Below are positions 1 through 9,979 of a stretch of DNA of 64,000 bases, in pieces. A program made the position numbers and the translations under genes. The notes under the pieces are model-generated. The model saw only the letters and a list, made by a program, of their open reading frames with translations, did no database searches and had not been told where the DNA came from. Each line of letters opens with the position of its first letter. Position 1 is the first letter of the stretch. Origin of the DNA: Desulfosoma sp. (lineage in GTDB: Bacteria; Desulfobacterota; Syntrophobacteria; Syntrophobacterales; DSM-9756); assembly GCA_037481835.1 (NCBI GenBank), contig JBBFKW010000012.1:14695-78694 (forward strand), written 5' to 3'.

Positions 1-145
1 GTTGGGGTGAGCGCAGCGAACCCCAACCTACGAGTTCAATGATATTTGGGAAGATATAGGTTGGGGTGAGCGCAGCGAACCCCAACCTACGAGTTCAATG
101 ATATTTGGGAAGATGTAGGTTGGGGTGAGCGCAGCGAACCCCAAC
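1..145. repeat. Tandem REP-like palindromes (3 copies, 59-bp period; truncated by window edge)
   Basis: GTTGGGGTGAGCGCAGCGAACCCCAAC at 1, 60 and 119 with near-identical linkers; hairpin GTAGGTTGGGGT...ACCCCAACCTAC; same motif recurs at 52878-53001. Confidence 0.85.
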
Positions 146-483
146 ACAAAACACCCCCCAACCCTGTGGTTTTTCCCCACCACGCTCACCATCGCCTTTC
201 CTCCGTCACGGCCCCCATCCCCTTTTCCGCAACGCCTTCGCACTTCGGCCCTTTCCCCATCCCCGTCCCCCTGACGCCTCCTGGCCCGTCGTGGCCCCCC
301 TGCCCCATCGTGCGCCTCCTGGCCCGTCGTGCGCCCCCTGCCACTTGAATTTGCGCCTCCGGGCTGCTAAGAGTGTCCGCGGCTCGGGGGACTCCGAAAA
401 CAAGCGCCGCAGCGAGGGGCGGGTCTGCCTCCCGCCGGACGGTTCGAATCCTTATGGGACACATCGCGGAGGATACAACGCTC

Positions 484-1782
484 ATGAGACGATACGGCAC
501 GGCTCGCCGGCTTCGTTCCTACACGCGGAAACTCGCGCTTTTGCCCTTCCTCATGGTTTCCCTCTTTTCAAACGCCCAACCCGCTCTGTGCACGGCGGCC
601 CCCTCCATGACCGTCAATGCCACCTCGGCCATGCTCGTCGATGTGACCCACAAGGAAACCCTCATCGAGCAAAACGCCGATGTCGCCATCGCCCCGGCCT
701 CATTCACCAAGGTCCTGACGCTCTACTTGGTTTTCGAAGCGCTGGAAAATGGCGATGTGAAACTGGACGATCCCATTTACATCAGTAAGACGGCCTGGCA
801 GACCAGCGGGTCCAAGATGTTCGTGGAACTGGGGAACAAAATCCCCCTTGAGGAACTCCTGAAGGGGATCGCCGTCGTGTCGGGAAACGACGCGTGCGTC
901 GCCGTGGCGGAACACTTGTACGGGTCCGTGGACGCCTTCGTTACCGCCATGAATCAAAAGGCCCAGGAACTGGGCATGAGCCGCAGCCGCTTCCTGAACC
1001 CTCACGGGCTTCCCGCCCCGGGGCAAGTGACCACGGCCCGCGACATGGCCACCCTGGCGACAGCCTATCTCACCCGCTTTCCCCAAAGCCTCCGGTTCCA
1101 TTCCATGACGGAATACACCTATCACGACATCACCCAGCCCAACCGCAACCGGTTGCTCCTCAAGGACAGTTCGGTGGACGGGCTGAAGACGGGCTTTGTG
1201 GCCGACGCCGGCTATCACCTCATGGCCACCGCCCAGCGCAACGGGCTTCGCCTTCTCGCCGTGGTCATGGGCGCGGCCACGCCGGCCGTCAGGGAAAAAG
1301 AGGCTCTGGCGCTTCTCAACTACGGATTTCGGCTCTACGCGTTCATCCCGCCGCCGAACCCGACGCAGCCGGCGGCGGTGGTCAAGGTCTGGAAAGGGGC
1401 CGCCCCTCAGGTGGCCCTCTACTTCAAGGAAACGACCCCGATCGTGGTCCGCAAGGAAAAAGCCCAGGGCGTGCAGTGGGTGATGGACGTTCCGCCGGCG
1501 GTTGTCGCTCCGATCCAAAAGGGCCAAACGCTGGGACACGCATTCCTTAAGGCGGGAGACGCCATTTTGGCCACGGTGGATCTCGTGAGCACCGCGGATA
1601 TTGCTCCGGCCAACGTGTTCGTCCGCCTGTGGCATTCCCTCTTGCTGCTAGGCCAATACCCGTGGCGGCAGGTCTGGAAGCCCGCGGCCTACACCATCGG
1701 CGGCGTCTTGGCGCTCGCCGCCCTGGCGGCCGTGGCCCTGCGCATCAAAAACCTCAGAAGGAAGAAACGGTCTTTGGACTAG
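484..1782 (+). CDS. dacA: D-alanyl-D-alanine carboxypeptidase (PBP5/6 family); start uncertain (ORF open from 373)
   Basis: SxxK (ASFTK), SxN (SGND), KTG motifs; N-terminal hydrophobic signal; C-terminal membrane anchor. Confidence 0.85.
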   Translation: MRRYGTARRLRSYTRKLALLPFLMVSLFSNAQPALCTAAPSMTVNATSAMLVDVTHKETLIEQNADVAIAPASFTKVLTLYLVFEALENGDVKLDDPIYISKTAWQTSGSKMFVELGNKIPLEELLKGIAVVSGNDACVAVAEHLYGSVDAFVTAMNQKAQELGMSRSRFLNPHGLPAPGQVTTARDMATLATAYLTRFPQSLRFHSMTEYTYHDITQPNRNRLLLKDSSVDGLKTGFVADAGYHLMATAQRNGLRLLAVVMGAATPAVREKEALALLNYGFRLYAFIPPPNPTQPAAVVKVWKGAAPQVALYFKETTPIVVRKEKAQGVQWVMDVPPAVVAPIQKGQTLGHAFLKAGDAILATVDLVSTADIAPANVFVRLWHSLLLLGQYPWRQVWKPAAYTIGGVLALAALAAVALRIKNLRRKKRSLD

Positions 1783-2068
1783 ACCCCATGAGGCCGGGGA
1801 CGACCCGGCCCTTGGAACCGTCGACGGCCGTTCAGCGGGGTGCGGAACCCTTGTCTTTCGTGCGAGGATGCCCGATCTCGCAAGAGTCCGCCATTCAGGT
1901 GCGAACGCCCAGCCTGGGCAAAATCCATTTGTTGAGAACGATCCAGAGCACGACGGCGCCGCCGAGCCACAGAAGATCTTCGTTCATGGGGGTGGTCCTC
2001 TCTTGAGGGCAAGTTTTCAAAGCCGGGGCTGTTTTCGACCGATAGCCTATCGGTCCCCGCTAGTTCGC

Positions 2069-2266
2069 TCAGCTGAAGCCGCCTGTTCCGCATCCGCTTC
2101 CCAAAACGGCGGAAAGGGAGGCCTTGCTGGCGAAGGAAGAAAGAAGCTTTTTGACGTCCTTGGAGCCGCACCGGGGGCATTCCACCGATTCCGCCTCACG
2201 CAACGACCAGACAAAACTCTCGAATTCGTTCCCGCACTTCTCGCAGCGATACTCGTAAATGGGCAT
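2069..2266 (-). CDS. FmdB-family zinc-ribbon protein
   Basis: MPIYEYRCEKCG...CPRCGS signature. Confidence 0.85.
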   Translation of the reverse strand: MPIYEYRCEKCGNEFESFVWSLREAESVECPRCGSKDVKKLLSSFASKASLSAVLGSGCGTGGFS

Positions 2267-2445
2267 GTCCGCGTCCTCCCGTGAAACCCGCAATTCGGCC
2301 CCTCAGGCGGGGCCCGTCGGCCCATAGGATAGTCATGGAAAAAACCGATGCAAGTCCTCCGTCGCCATCGGAACGGGGAACAGGCGAAGGACCGGGGGGG
2401 AGAAGCGGGAGGGGCGCCTCGCCGCCGTAAAGATCCCTGAAAGCC

Positions 2446-2480
2446 GCAGGTTGAAGTGCGCAAGCGAACCCCAACCCACG
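2446..2480. repeat. Degenerate single copy of the REP-like palindrome
   Basis: GCAGGTTGAAGTGCGCAAGCGAACCCCAACCCAC resembles GTAGGTTGGGGTGAGCGCAGCGAACCCCAACCTAC. Confidence 0.5.
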
Positions 2481-2579
2481 GATTCAGCCCGACCGACGCA
2501 AACCGCGCTCACGAGGCAAACCCGGGGACGAGACCGACCAGGCCGAGGACGGCGATCGGGGAAAGCGGAGGGCACGAGG

Positions 2580-2990
2580 CTACGTGTCGTCTTCGGAGGT
2601 GGGCGGCCATTGGCCCCGTTCCAGGAGCACCTCCTTCAGGACGGCCAGGGCTGCGTTCACCGCCGGGAACCCCGCGTAGACCCCAACCTGGAAAATGGCT
2701 TCCGCCACATGGCGGGGGTTCACCCCCACGTTCAAGGCCCCGTGGATGTGGATGCGCAGTTCCTCGCTCTTTTGCAGGGCGGCGAGGGCCGACACCGCCA
2801 CGAGTTGCCTTTCGGGAAGGGAAAGCACGGTTCGCGAGTACAAGTTGCCCGTGATGAAAAGGGAAAGATCCCGGGCCAAACCGGGGTCGAATTCCTTCCA
2901 CAGCTCGTAGGGCACCTTGAGCCGCACCGGCCCCCCGAAAAGCTTGGCGGCCGTCTGTTTCGTCTGTTCCACCAGGGTTTTTTCCAGCAT
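2580..2990 (-). CDS. Carboxymuconolactone decarboxylase (CMD/AhpD-like) family protein
   Basis: ERQLVAVSALAAL...ELRIHIHGALNVG...QVGVYAGFPA pattern; ATG at 2990 with GGAG upstream. Confidence 0.8.
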   Translation of the reverse strand: MLEKTLVEQTKQTAAKLFGGPVRLKVPYELWKEFDPGLARDLSLFITGNLYSRTVLSLPERQLVAVSALAALQKSEELRIHIHGALNVGVNPRHVAEAIFQVGVYAGFPAVNAALAVLKEVLLERGQWPPTSEDDT

Positions 2991-3090
2991 CCCGTCTTCT
3001 CCTTGTGTTCCAATCCCGTGAAAAGGTCCCACGGCCGACCCGCCGGGGCGCGAAAGCCTCCCGCACGCCGGCGGATCCGCCCCTACTCCG

Positions 3091-3119
3091 TTGACAATCC
3101 GGGACCCTGCCTTTACTTT
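3091..3119 (+). promoter_or_regulatory. Putative sigma70 promoter upstream of mrp
   Basis: TTGACA-17 bp-TACTTT. Confidence 0.5.
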
Positions 3120-3162
3120 AGCGCCGATTTCCCCGATCCCATCCAAGTGAGGAGAATACGCT

Positions 3163-4047
3163 ATGGGTACATGTGAAGGCAAATCGTGTTCCACCTGCGA
3201 AAGCCGAAAGAAAGGTTCCAAGGACGAGGTCCTTGCGTGCAAGCTCGCCCGTATCAAGAACAAGATCATCGTCATGAGCGGCAAGGGCGGCGTGGGTAAA
3301 AGCAGCGTGGCCGTCTACATCGCCTTGGCCCTGTCCCGCAAGGGCTATCAAGTGGGCCTCATGGACATCGATCTCCATGGGCCGAGCATTCCCAAGATGC
3401 TGGGCCTCCACGGCCTCCTGCGCGTGAGCCAGGACCAGGAAATCCTTCCCCACGAATACAGCCCCAATTTGAAAGTCGTCTCCATCGAATCCATGCTGGA
3501 AGACACCGATTCCGCCGTCATCTGGCGCGGCCCCTTGAAACACGGCGTCATCCAGCAGTTCATCAGCGATTGCACCTGGAACGACCTGGACTTCCTCGTC
3601 GTGGACTGCCCTCCGGGGACCGGCGACGAGCCCTTGAGCATCGCCCGCATCATCCCAGACGCCAAAGCGGTCATCGTCACCACGCCGCAGGAAGTGGCCC
3701 TGGCCGATGTGCGCAAGTCCATCAATTTTTGCAAGAAAGTCCAATTGGACATCGCCGGTTTGGTGGAAAACATGGCCGGGCTCTACTGCCCCCACTGCCA
3801 GGGCTTCATCCCCATTTTCAGCACCGGGGGCGGTCGCAAAACCGCCGAACTCATGCACATCGAATTTCTCGGTTCCCTCCCCTTCGATCCGGCCGTCGTC
3901 TCGGGCGGCGACCAAGGAAAGCCCGTCATGGAAGACGCCCCGGCCTCGTCGCCCTTCATCAAGGCGGTGGAAGAGGTGGTGGAACGGCTGGTGGCCCGGT
4001 TCGAACCCGTTGCAGAAAGCCGGGGGGAAAGCCAGGCCGTTCATTAA
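3163..4047 (+). CDS. mrp: Mrp/NBP35 (ApbC) Fe-S cluster carrier ATPase
   Basis: GKGGVGKS Walker A, DxDLHGPS, WRGP, DCPPGTGDE, ENM...CPHC; Cys-rich N-terminus. Confidence 0.92.
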   Translation: MGTCEGKSCSTCESRKKGSKDEVLACKLARIKNKIIVMSGKGGVGKSSVAVYIALALSRKGYQVGLMDIDLHGPSIPKMLGLHGLLRVSQDQEILPHEYSPNLKVVSIESMLEDTDSAVIWRGPLKHGVIQQFISDCTWNDLDFLVVDCPPGTGDEPLSIARIIPDAKAVIVTTPQEVALADVRKSINFCKKVQLDIAGLVENMAGLYCPHCQGFIPIFSTGGGRKTAELMHIEFLGSLPFDPAVVSGGDQGKPVMEDAPASSPFIKAVEEVVERLVARFEPVAESRGESQAVH

Positions 4048-4069
4048 AATGGCGGCGCCTTCCGTCGCC

Positions 4070-4891
4070 TCACAATCGGGCGGCGCCGAGTTCCACCGCA
4101 ATGCCGACGACGGATCGGGCCAGCAGCCTCCCGTCAAACGGGTGCAAGCCCAGGTGGAATTCGGGAAGGTCCGGCGCCATGGCCATGAGTTCGGCAAGGC
4201 GCGAGGCCCGGGGCACGAGCAGCGCCCCCAGGGGGCGGCCCCAGCGGCTGTGCAGCAAGCGCTCGTGCAGGCCGTCTCCCGGCGGGTCCGCAAAGAGCCC
4301 CAGAAGGGTCGCCTGCCAAAACAGGCATTTTCTCAGGGTTTTTTCCGAGGGCACGCCCCGTCCCAGGGCCCTTTCGAGGAACTTCCTGAGATAATGCGGG
4401 CCGGGATGGGTGCGGCACAGCCGGCTTTGGATTCTTTTGAGGGTTTTCCGGAACCCGTCCGGGGGGCCCAGGAGGGGAATCCAGTGGGCTTCCAGCTGGC
4501 TTTCCAGCCAGAAATGGCACGAGTTGGCCTTGAGCCGGTAGTATCGGCACGGCCAAAACGGGGGCACGCTGTAGTGGGAGACCAGCCCGTGCCAGAAGGC
4601 GTCGGCGATAAAATGGCTCATCATGCCCAGGAGCCACGAACGGTGCCGGACATCGCCCGGGTCGGCTTCATCCCAAAGGGCCCGGCACAGGGCCGCCCCC
4701 GGATCCCCCTGCAGCCGATGCAGGCGCCGTCCCAGCCGTGAAAGCCTCATGTGGGGCACCTCGTAAAACAAGGTGTCCGGCATGATGGAACCCAGCAGGT
4801 AGGATTCTTCGTCCACGGTGAACCCGGCGGCCCGGGGGAAGATTCGGGCCGCTTCGCGGGCGAGCAGCATATGAAAACGTTCTTTAGGCAT
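4070..4891 (-). CDS. Zinc-dependent phospholipase C family protein
   Basis: MPxxxxH N-terminus, GSIMPD, GMMSHFIAD..WH, HFWLES motifs. Confidence 0.65.
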   Translation of the reverse strand: MPKERFHMLLAREAARIFPRAAGFTVDEESYLLGSIMPDTLFYEVPHMRLSRLGRRLHRLQGDPGAALCRALWDEADPGDVRHRSWLLGMMSHFIADAFWHGLVSHYSVPPFWPCRYYRLKANSCHFWLESQLEAHWIPLLGPPDGFRKTLKRIQSRLCRTHPGPHYLRKFLERALGRGVPSEKTLRKCLFWQATLLGLFADPPGDGLHERLLHSRWGRPLGALLVPRASRLAELMAMAPDLPEFHLGLHPFDGRLLARSVVGIAVELGAARL

Positions 4892-4902
4892 CGGGGCCTT
4901 TC

Positions 4903-6216
4903 TTGAAAGCGACGCTTCGGCGGCTCGTGCCGGCAACCAAAGCCCAATGGGCCTGGTGTCTCTACGACTGGGCCGATTCCGCCTTCGCCACAAGTATTCT
5001 CGCCGTTTTGTTTCCCGTCTATTTCGCCAAGGTCGTCATGCCGCCGGAAGGGATCTCACTGGGGGTGGGTCCGCTGCGCTGGCACACCCATGCGGCCTCG
5101 CTATGGGGCTATACCGTCTCCGCATCCCTTCTCGGCGTCGCCCTCATCGCCCCCATGCTCGGCCGGTGGGCCGACGGCCGCGGCACCCGAAAGCCGGTGC
5201 TCCTCGCCGCAGCCTTCGCCGGTGCGGCCGCCACATCCCTTCTCGCATGGACCCAGCCCGGGGCCGTCTTTCGCGCCTTGGTCGTTTTCATCGTCGCCTA
5301 CGCCGGGTTTTCCGCAAGCGAAATCTTCTACAACGCCTTTTTGCCGCACATCAGCCCCGAATCCGAACAGGATTGGCTTTCGGGGTTGGGATACGCCTTC
5401 GGCTACGTGGGCGGCGGGCTGCTTCTCGCCATGCACCTCGTCCTTCTTTATCATCCCCGGTGGGTCGGCCTGGAAAACGCCGACCAGGTCGTGCGGTTTG
5501 CCTTTTTCACCGTGGGCCTCTGGTGGGCGCTCTTTACCGTTCCCTGCGCATTGTGGCTTCCGCCGAACCGTCCGAAACCGGCGAACGCCCCCAACGGCCC
5601 GGTGTCATCGGCCATCGCCCTGTGGAAGGATCTTCGATCCCGGCCCCGTGCCGCCGCCGTGATCGTCGCCTATTTCTTTTACAACAACGGCATCCAGACC
5701 GTGATCACCATGGCCTCCGTCTACGGCGCCACGGAACTGGGCCTTTCCACCCCTTCCCTTACGGGCGCCTTTCTCATGACCCAGTGGATCGCTTTTCCCG
5801 GAGCCACCCTGTTGGCGTGGGCGGCCCAACGATACGGGACGCGCCGGGTGCTCTTGGCCAGCCTGGCCGTGTGGTGCGCCGTCGTCCTTTTCGCCTATGG
5901 GATGCGCTCCGCCGTTCATTTCTGGATCCTGGCGGCCGTCGTGGGCTTTATCCTCGGCGGCAGCCAGGCCCTCAGCCGCTCCCTTTTCAGCCGCATGATC
6001 CCCCAGGAAAAGAGCGCGGAATTTTTCGGCTTCTTCGCCATCGGCGGGAAATTTTCGGCCATCCTCGGCCCTGCGGTTTTCGGCGTGCTGCGCGACTTTT
6101 TCGGCACCCCGCGGCCTGCCATCCTGGCCCTTCTCGTCTTTTTCGCCGTCGGGGCCGCCATCCTGGCCGCCGTCAAAGGCGAGGGACTCTCGCCTGAGGC
6201 GGCGCAGGCTTCGTAA
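4903..6216 (+). CDS. MFS transporter (UMF1/ATG22-like)
   Basis: WCLYDWADSAF, FYNAFLP, GGSQALSRSLF, EFFGFFAI..K motifs; many hydrophobic segments. Confidence 0.85.
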   Translation: MKATLRRLVPATKAQWAWCLYDWADSAFATSILAVLFPVYFAKVVMPPEGISLGVGPLRWHTHAASLWGYTVSASLLGVALIAPMLGRWADGRGTRKPVLLAAAFAGAAATSLLAWTQPGAVFRALVVFIVAYAGFSASEIFYNAFLPHISPESEQDWLSGLGYAFGYVGGGLLLAMHLVLLYHPRWVGLENADQVVRFAFFTVGLWWALFTVPCALWLPPNRPKPANAPNGPVSSAIALWKDLRSRPRAAAVIVAYFFYNNGIQTVITMASVYGATELGLSTPSLTGAFLMTQWIAFPGATLLAWAAQRYGTRRVLLASLAVWCAVVLFAYGMRSAVHFWILAAVVGFILGGSQALSRSLFSRMIPQEKSAEFFGFFAIGGKFSAILGPAVFGVLRDFFGTPRPAILALLVFFAVGAAILAAVKGEGLSPEAAQAS

Positions 6217-6224
6217 GAATTCTT

Positions 6225-6761
6225 TCAGCTCTTGCGCCGATTCATGAATTCCTCGATGGCCCGAGGGATGAGCTTGCGGACGAAAGCCGCCTGGTCCCCG
6301 GCGAAGGCCTTTTCGTATTGGGCATAGAGCGGGTGCGAAGGAAGGAGGCCCGGCGTCTGCTGGGTTCCCGGAGCGTCCCCGTCCACATAGCGGATGAGAA
6401 GATCCACGATGGGCCATTGGGTTCTGGGGTCCGGTTCCACCCATCCCAGCCGCCTCATGCACTCGAACCGGATCTGGTCCACCATGAGAAGGGTGAGATC
6501 GATGGCCCGGATCTTCTGAGGCGGGCTCAGCCCTTCCAGATCCGCGGCGTCTTCTCCCGTCATGACCTTGACGACCAAGGATTGCACCAATCGCGTGCAC
6601 ACATCCCCCGGCTGGACCAGGACGGCGAGCACCTCGTCGGGAAGGTCGTGCACCGAGGTGTTCTCGTCGAACAGGCGGCCGAAACGCTTTTCCCACAGAT
6701 GAAACGCCCGTCGGGCTCGAAGACGGCGGCGTTTTTCATCCAAAGCGATGACTTCTCCCAC
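6225..6761 (-). CDS. Hypothetical protein
   Basis: 178-aa ORF with natural composition, directly downstream of and co-oriented with the MEMO-AMMECR1 gene. Confidence 0.65.
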   Translation of the reverse strand: MGEVIALDEKRRRLRARRAFHLWEKRFGRLFDENTSVHDLPDEVLAVLVQPGDVCTRLVQSLVVKVMTGEDAADLEGLSPPQKIRAIDLTLLMVDQIRFECMRRLGWVEPDPRTQWPIVDLLIRYVDGDAPGTQQTPGLLPSHPLYAQYEKAFAGDQAAFVRKLIPRAIEEFMNRRKS

Positions 6762-6799
6762 GGACAGGTCCTTTCTTCGGCCTCGCTGTGGCGGCCGAT

Positions 6800-8221
6800 C
6801 TAAAAAACATCGGCGGAAAACCGATAGATCTCCACATCGCCCCGCTTCCAGCTATCGGCCGGCAAGCCGGCCTTCTTGCACGTCCAGGAAAGAAACTCTT
6901 CCTTGCCCCAGCCGTGTTCCACGGCCACCTGGGGGAGCAGGAGCCCGCTGTGGTAGCCCTTTCGGACCACAAGGCCGTGGCGCCCGATGGAAAAGTCCAG
7001 CGGGTCCCGAATGCGTTCCAGAGGGCTCAAGGCGGAAATTTCCAGCCGAAGCTCCTCAAGTTCGTCGGCGCGCACCGGGGGAAAGCGCGGATCGGAAAAA
7101 GCCGCTTGGATGGCGGCGTCCTTGACGGTTTCCCAGAGCGATTTATGGGCTTCCACATACCCGATGCAGCCGCGAAGGGCGTCTCCCTTGTGCAGCGTGA
7201 CGAAGGCGCCGCGTTTTTCCAAAAGCCTGGGCGAATCACCCCGGTAGAAGGGTTCGGGCTCCCCCACGAGTTTCCAACGGATCGCCTGCCGGGCGATGTC
7301 CTTCAAGGCCTCCTTTTCCTCTTGGGAAAAGGCGCCCTCCTCGGACTTTTCCCGGCTCGCCGCCTCCGCGGGGCGAGCCCGGCCCTTTCCGGGATTATCC
7401 ACAACGGCGGCGGCCATGTAGCCCACCACACCGCGCACATCCCCGGTGACATCGCCCGAGTTGGCGTAGTGGAGCACCCGCGCCTTCGTCGCCCCCAGGT
7501 CCCGGGCCGCAAGGAGTGCGGTCACCAGGGGGCCGCCGCCGCAGGCTTCGCATTCGCGCTTCCTGAGCGCCTCGAAGAGCCCCTCCGGGTCGAACCGATC
7601 CACCAGTTCGATGACGCGGGCATCCAGTTTCTTGGCTTCCTGGTAGGCGTAGTAATGGGAAAGGTCCGTGCTGGCCACGAGCAGCACGTCGTCTTGGCCC
7701 ACGGCTTCGGCGACGATCCGGGCGATCCGGCGGCATCCGTCCAGCGACACGTCGCCGATGAGCACGGGGGTCATGTGAAAGGTGCCCAGGACCACCTGCA
7801 GAAAGGGCAATTGGATTTCCAGGGAGTGCTCCTGGGCGTGGGCCTGGGGAACATAGGAAAAGATGTCCTTGTGGACCATGAGCTTTTCGGCCAGGCGGCG
7901 ATCCACCGGAACCACCCCCAGGGGCGTGCGGTACCCCGCCGCATCATCCACGCTGGCTCCGTTGAAATAGGCGCGGTGGCTCGGAGCCAGGATCACCACG
8001 CGGCCGACGGGTTTGCCTTCCAAGAGCTTGTAAGCGTAGGCCGCAACTTGGCCGGAATACATGTACCCGGCGTGCGGGGCCACAAGAGCCACCAGGCGAC
8101 CGGACAGGGACGCCCCCGGCGCCCGGGACAGATAGCCCTGGATTTCTTTGCGGAGCTTTTCCGGATTTCCGGGATACCACGTCCCGGCAATGACGGATTC
8201 CCGAATCTTATCCGATCCCAT
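6800..8221 (-). CDS. AmmeMemoRadiSam protein B (MEMO1) fused to protein A (AMMECR1), cytoplasmic
   Basis: AGTWYP, PHAGY, PSH, EHSLEIQLPF, STDLSHY, ACGG, then GAFVTL, LRGCIG, DPRF, GLLLPQV, CKKAGL. Confidence 0.9.
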   Translation of the reverse strand: MGSDKIRESVIAGTWYPGNPEKLRKEIQGYLSRAPGASLSGRLVALVAPHAGYMYSGQVAAYAYKLLEGKPVGRVVILAPSHRAYFNGASVDDAAGYRTPLGVVPVDRRLAEKLMVHKDIFSYVPQAHAQEHSLEIQLPFLQVVLGTFHMTPVLIGDVSLDGCRRIARIVAEAVGQDDVLLVASTDLSHYYAYQEAKKLDARVIELVDRFDPEGLFEALRKRECEACGGGPLVTALLAARDLGATKARVLHYANSGDVTGDVRGVVGYMAAAVVDNPGKGRARPAEAASREKSEEGAFSQEEKEALKDIARQAIRWKLVGEPEPFYRGDSPRLLEKRGAFVTLHKGDALRGCIGYVEAHKSLWETVKDAAIQAAFSDPRFPPVRADELEELRLEISALSPLERIRDPLDFSIGRHGLVVRKGYHSGLLLPQVAVEHGWGKEEFLSWTCKKAGLPADSWKRGDVEIYRFSADVF

Positions 8222-8347
8222 GGCTCCCCCCTTCCTGGATGGACCAACACCTTCTTGCATCCCCACGCCCACTCTTTATAATGGCGCGCCGCCTGACGAT
8301 GGGCTTTTTCGCACCCTTTGCCTTTCAAGGAGCATCCCCGGTAAGAC

Positions 8348-9151
8348 ATGGAAACGTGCCGCGCCGTTTTGGACAACATCGCCGTGGTCCTGCACCGGCC
8401 CCATTTCCCGGAAAACATCGGGGCCGCCGCTCGAGCCGCCAAGAACATGGGCATCCGGAGCCTCGTCGTCGTGGACCCCCTGGACTGCGACCTCACCCGG
8501 ATCCTCAAAATGGCCACCCACGCCGCCGAAGACGTGGTCGCGAACATGGAAGTCTACGACGACCTGGGCGATGCTTTAGGTTCTTTCCAATATATCATCG
8601 GAACGACGGCGCGAACAGGTTCCAACCGCCCCACGGTCATGGACCCGAGGGAAATGGCCCGAAAGGTGGTGGATATCAGCCGAAACAACCGCACGGCGCT
8701 CCTCTTCGGCCCCGAAAACCGCGGCCTGGCCAACCGGGAACTGACCTACTGCCATGCGCTGGTGACCATCCCCACGTCCAAGGAATTCGCATCGCTCAAT
8801 CTCGCCCAAGCGGTCATGATCATGACCTACGAAATCTTTCGGGCCGCCGAGGAACCGCCCGCCACGTTCACTCCCAAACTGGCCTCAAGCTTCGAATTGG
8901 AAGCCATGTACGCCCATTTGCAGGAAACCCTGGCCAAGATCCATTTCGTCAACCCGGAAAACCCGCAGTACTGGATGCGCAGTCTTCGCCGCTTTTTCAG
9001 CCGCATCGGGCTTCGGGCCCGGGAGGTGAAAATCATCCGGGGGATCTGCCGCCAGATCGACTGGTACGGGGAGATGAGAGCCGCCGAGGCGGCCCGAAGA
9101 GCGGGCGCGCACAGGGACAATTCGTTTGACTCGGGCCGGGGCGTTGACTAG
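8348..9151 (+). CDS. trmJ: SPOUT RNA methyltransferase, TrmJ/LasT family
   Basis: PENIGAAARAAKNMG, GTTAR, FGPENRGL, SLNLAQAV. Confidence 0.85.
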   Translation: METCRAVLDNIAVVLHRPHFPENIGAAARAAKNMGIRSLVVVDPLDCDLTRILKMATHAAEDVVANMEVYDDLGDALGSFQYIIGTTARTGSNRPTVMDPREMARKVVDISRNNRTALLFGPENRGLANRELTYCHALVTIPTSKEFASLNLAQAVMIMTYEIFRAAEEPPATFTPKLASSFELEAMYAHLQETLAKIHFVNPENPQYWMRSLRRFFSRIGLRAREVKIIRGICRQIDWYGEMRAAEAARRAGAHRDNSFDSGRGVD

Positions 9152-9216
9152 ATTGGCAGCCGTTTGCGGCTCGTGGACACTCGGATACGGAAAGGTTCAA
9201 CAGACGGAGGGTGGAT

Positions 9217-9720
9217 ATGCAGGGCACTGGCGACAAGCGCATCGTGGTTTCGGGAATCAACCGCAGTCTTCTCACAAAGGGTGCCGCAACCCTGGCCGTG
9301 GTCCTCGTGGTGGGAGCTCTGGTGCTCTTTGCGACACCGACCCACTATTACTTTCGCGCCGAACGCGGCGGCCTGGGCCTGTGCCAGGGCCGCCTGTGGG
9401 GGCTCATCGGCTCGGCCGTCCCCGGCTACGGCTTCATCCCGGTAACGGCCGAAGGCGCCCGTGCCCTGGCAGGAAAGCCCTTTGCCTCCCCGGAAGAGGC
9501 CTTAAAGGCGCTGCGGCCCATCGTGGAACAGGCCGCCCGGGACGGCGTCGCCGCCGTGGCCGCCAAGGAAAAGGAACTGGCCGAAGCCTACAAGACGGTG
9601 CTTCCGAACCTCCAGGGAGCCAAGCTCCTGGGGGTTCCCGGCTACGACGCCCGAGTGGAAGCCCTGGAAAAATGGATGGCCGTGGTCACGGGATCCCCAA
9701 AAGCCGCCCCGGCCCACTGA
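9217..9720 (+). CDS. Hypothetical single-TM membrane protein
   Basis: GGAGG upstream, one hydrophobic segment, followed by terminator. Confidence 0.6.
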   Translation: MQGTGDKRIVVSGINRSLLTKGAATLAVVLVVGALVLFATPTHYYFRAERGGLGLCQGRLWGLIGSAVPGYGFIPVTAEGARALAGKPFASPEEALKALRPIVEQAARDGVAAVAAKEKELAEAYKTVLPNLQGAKLLGVPGYDARVEALEKWMAVVTGSPKAAPAH

Positions 9721-9751
9721 ATTCTCTTCCCTCTTCTTGCCGGCTCAGGAA

Positions 9752-9789
9752 AAAACCCGGCTCCCCTTAAAGGAGGCCGGGTTTTCTTT
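9752..9789. terminator. Probable bidirectional intrinsic terminator
   Basis: AAAACCCGGCTCC...GGAGGCCGGGTTTT between convergent genes. Confidence 0.7.
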
Positions 9790-9979
9790 CCGGATAGCCC
9801 TCAAAACGTCATGGCCCATGCCTTCCGTCTCCACCGGAGAGCAAGCGTCTTGTCACGGTCTCTACCCGTGCCAAGTCCGTCCCCGGCTTCAGCGCAGCGC
9901 GGCCTACGGATCGCTCCCGCGGCTCACGGACTTCCCCCCTTTGTCCGGAGTGGGGGCCCATGCCCTTTCAGGCAAGGGC

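Noticed and set aside
1..145. Possible mini CRISPR array
   Set aside because: Inter-repeat segments are essentially identical and the motif is a dispersed palindrome, so REP-like tandem rather than CRISPR
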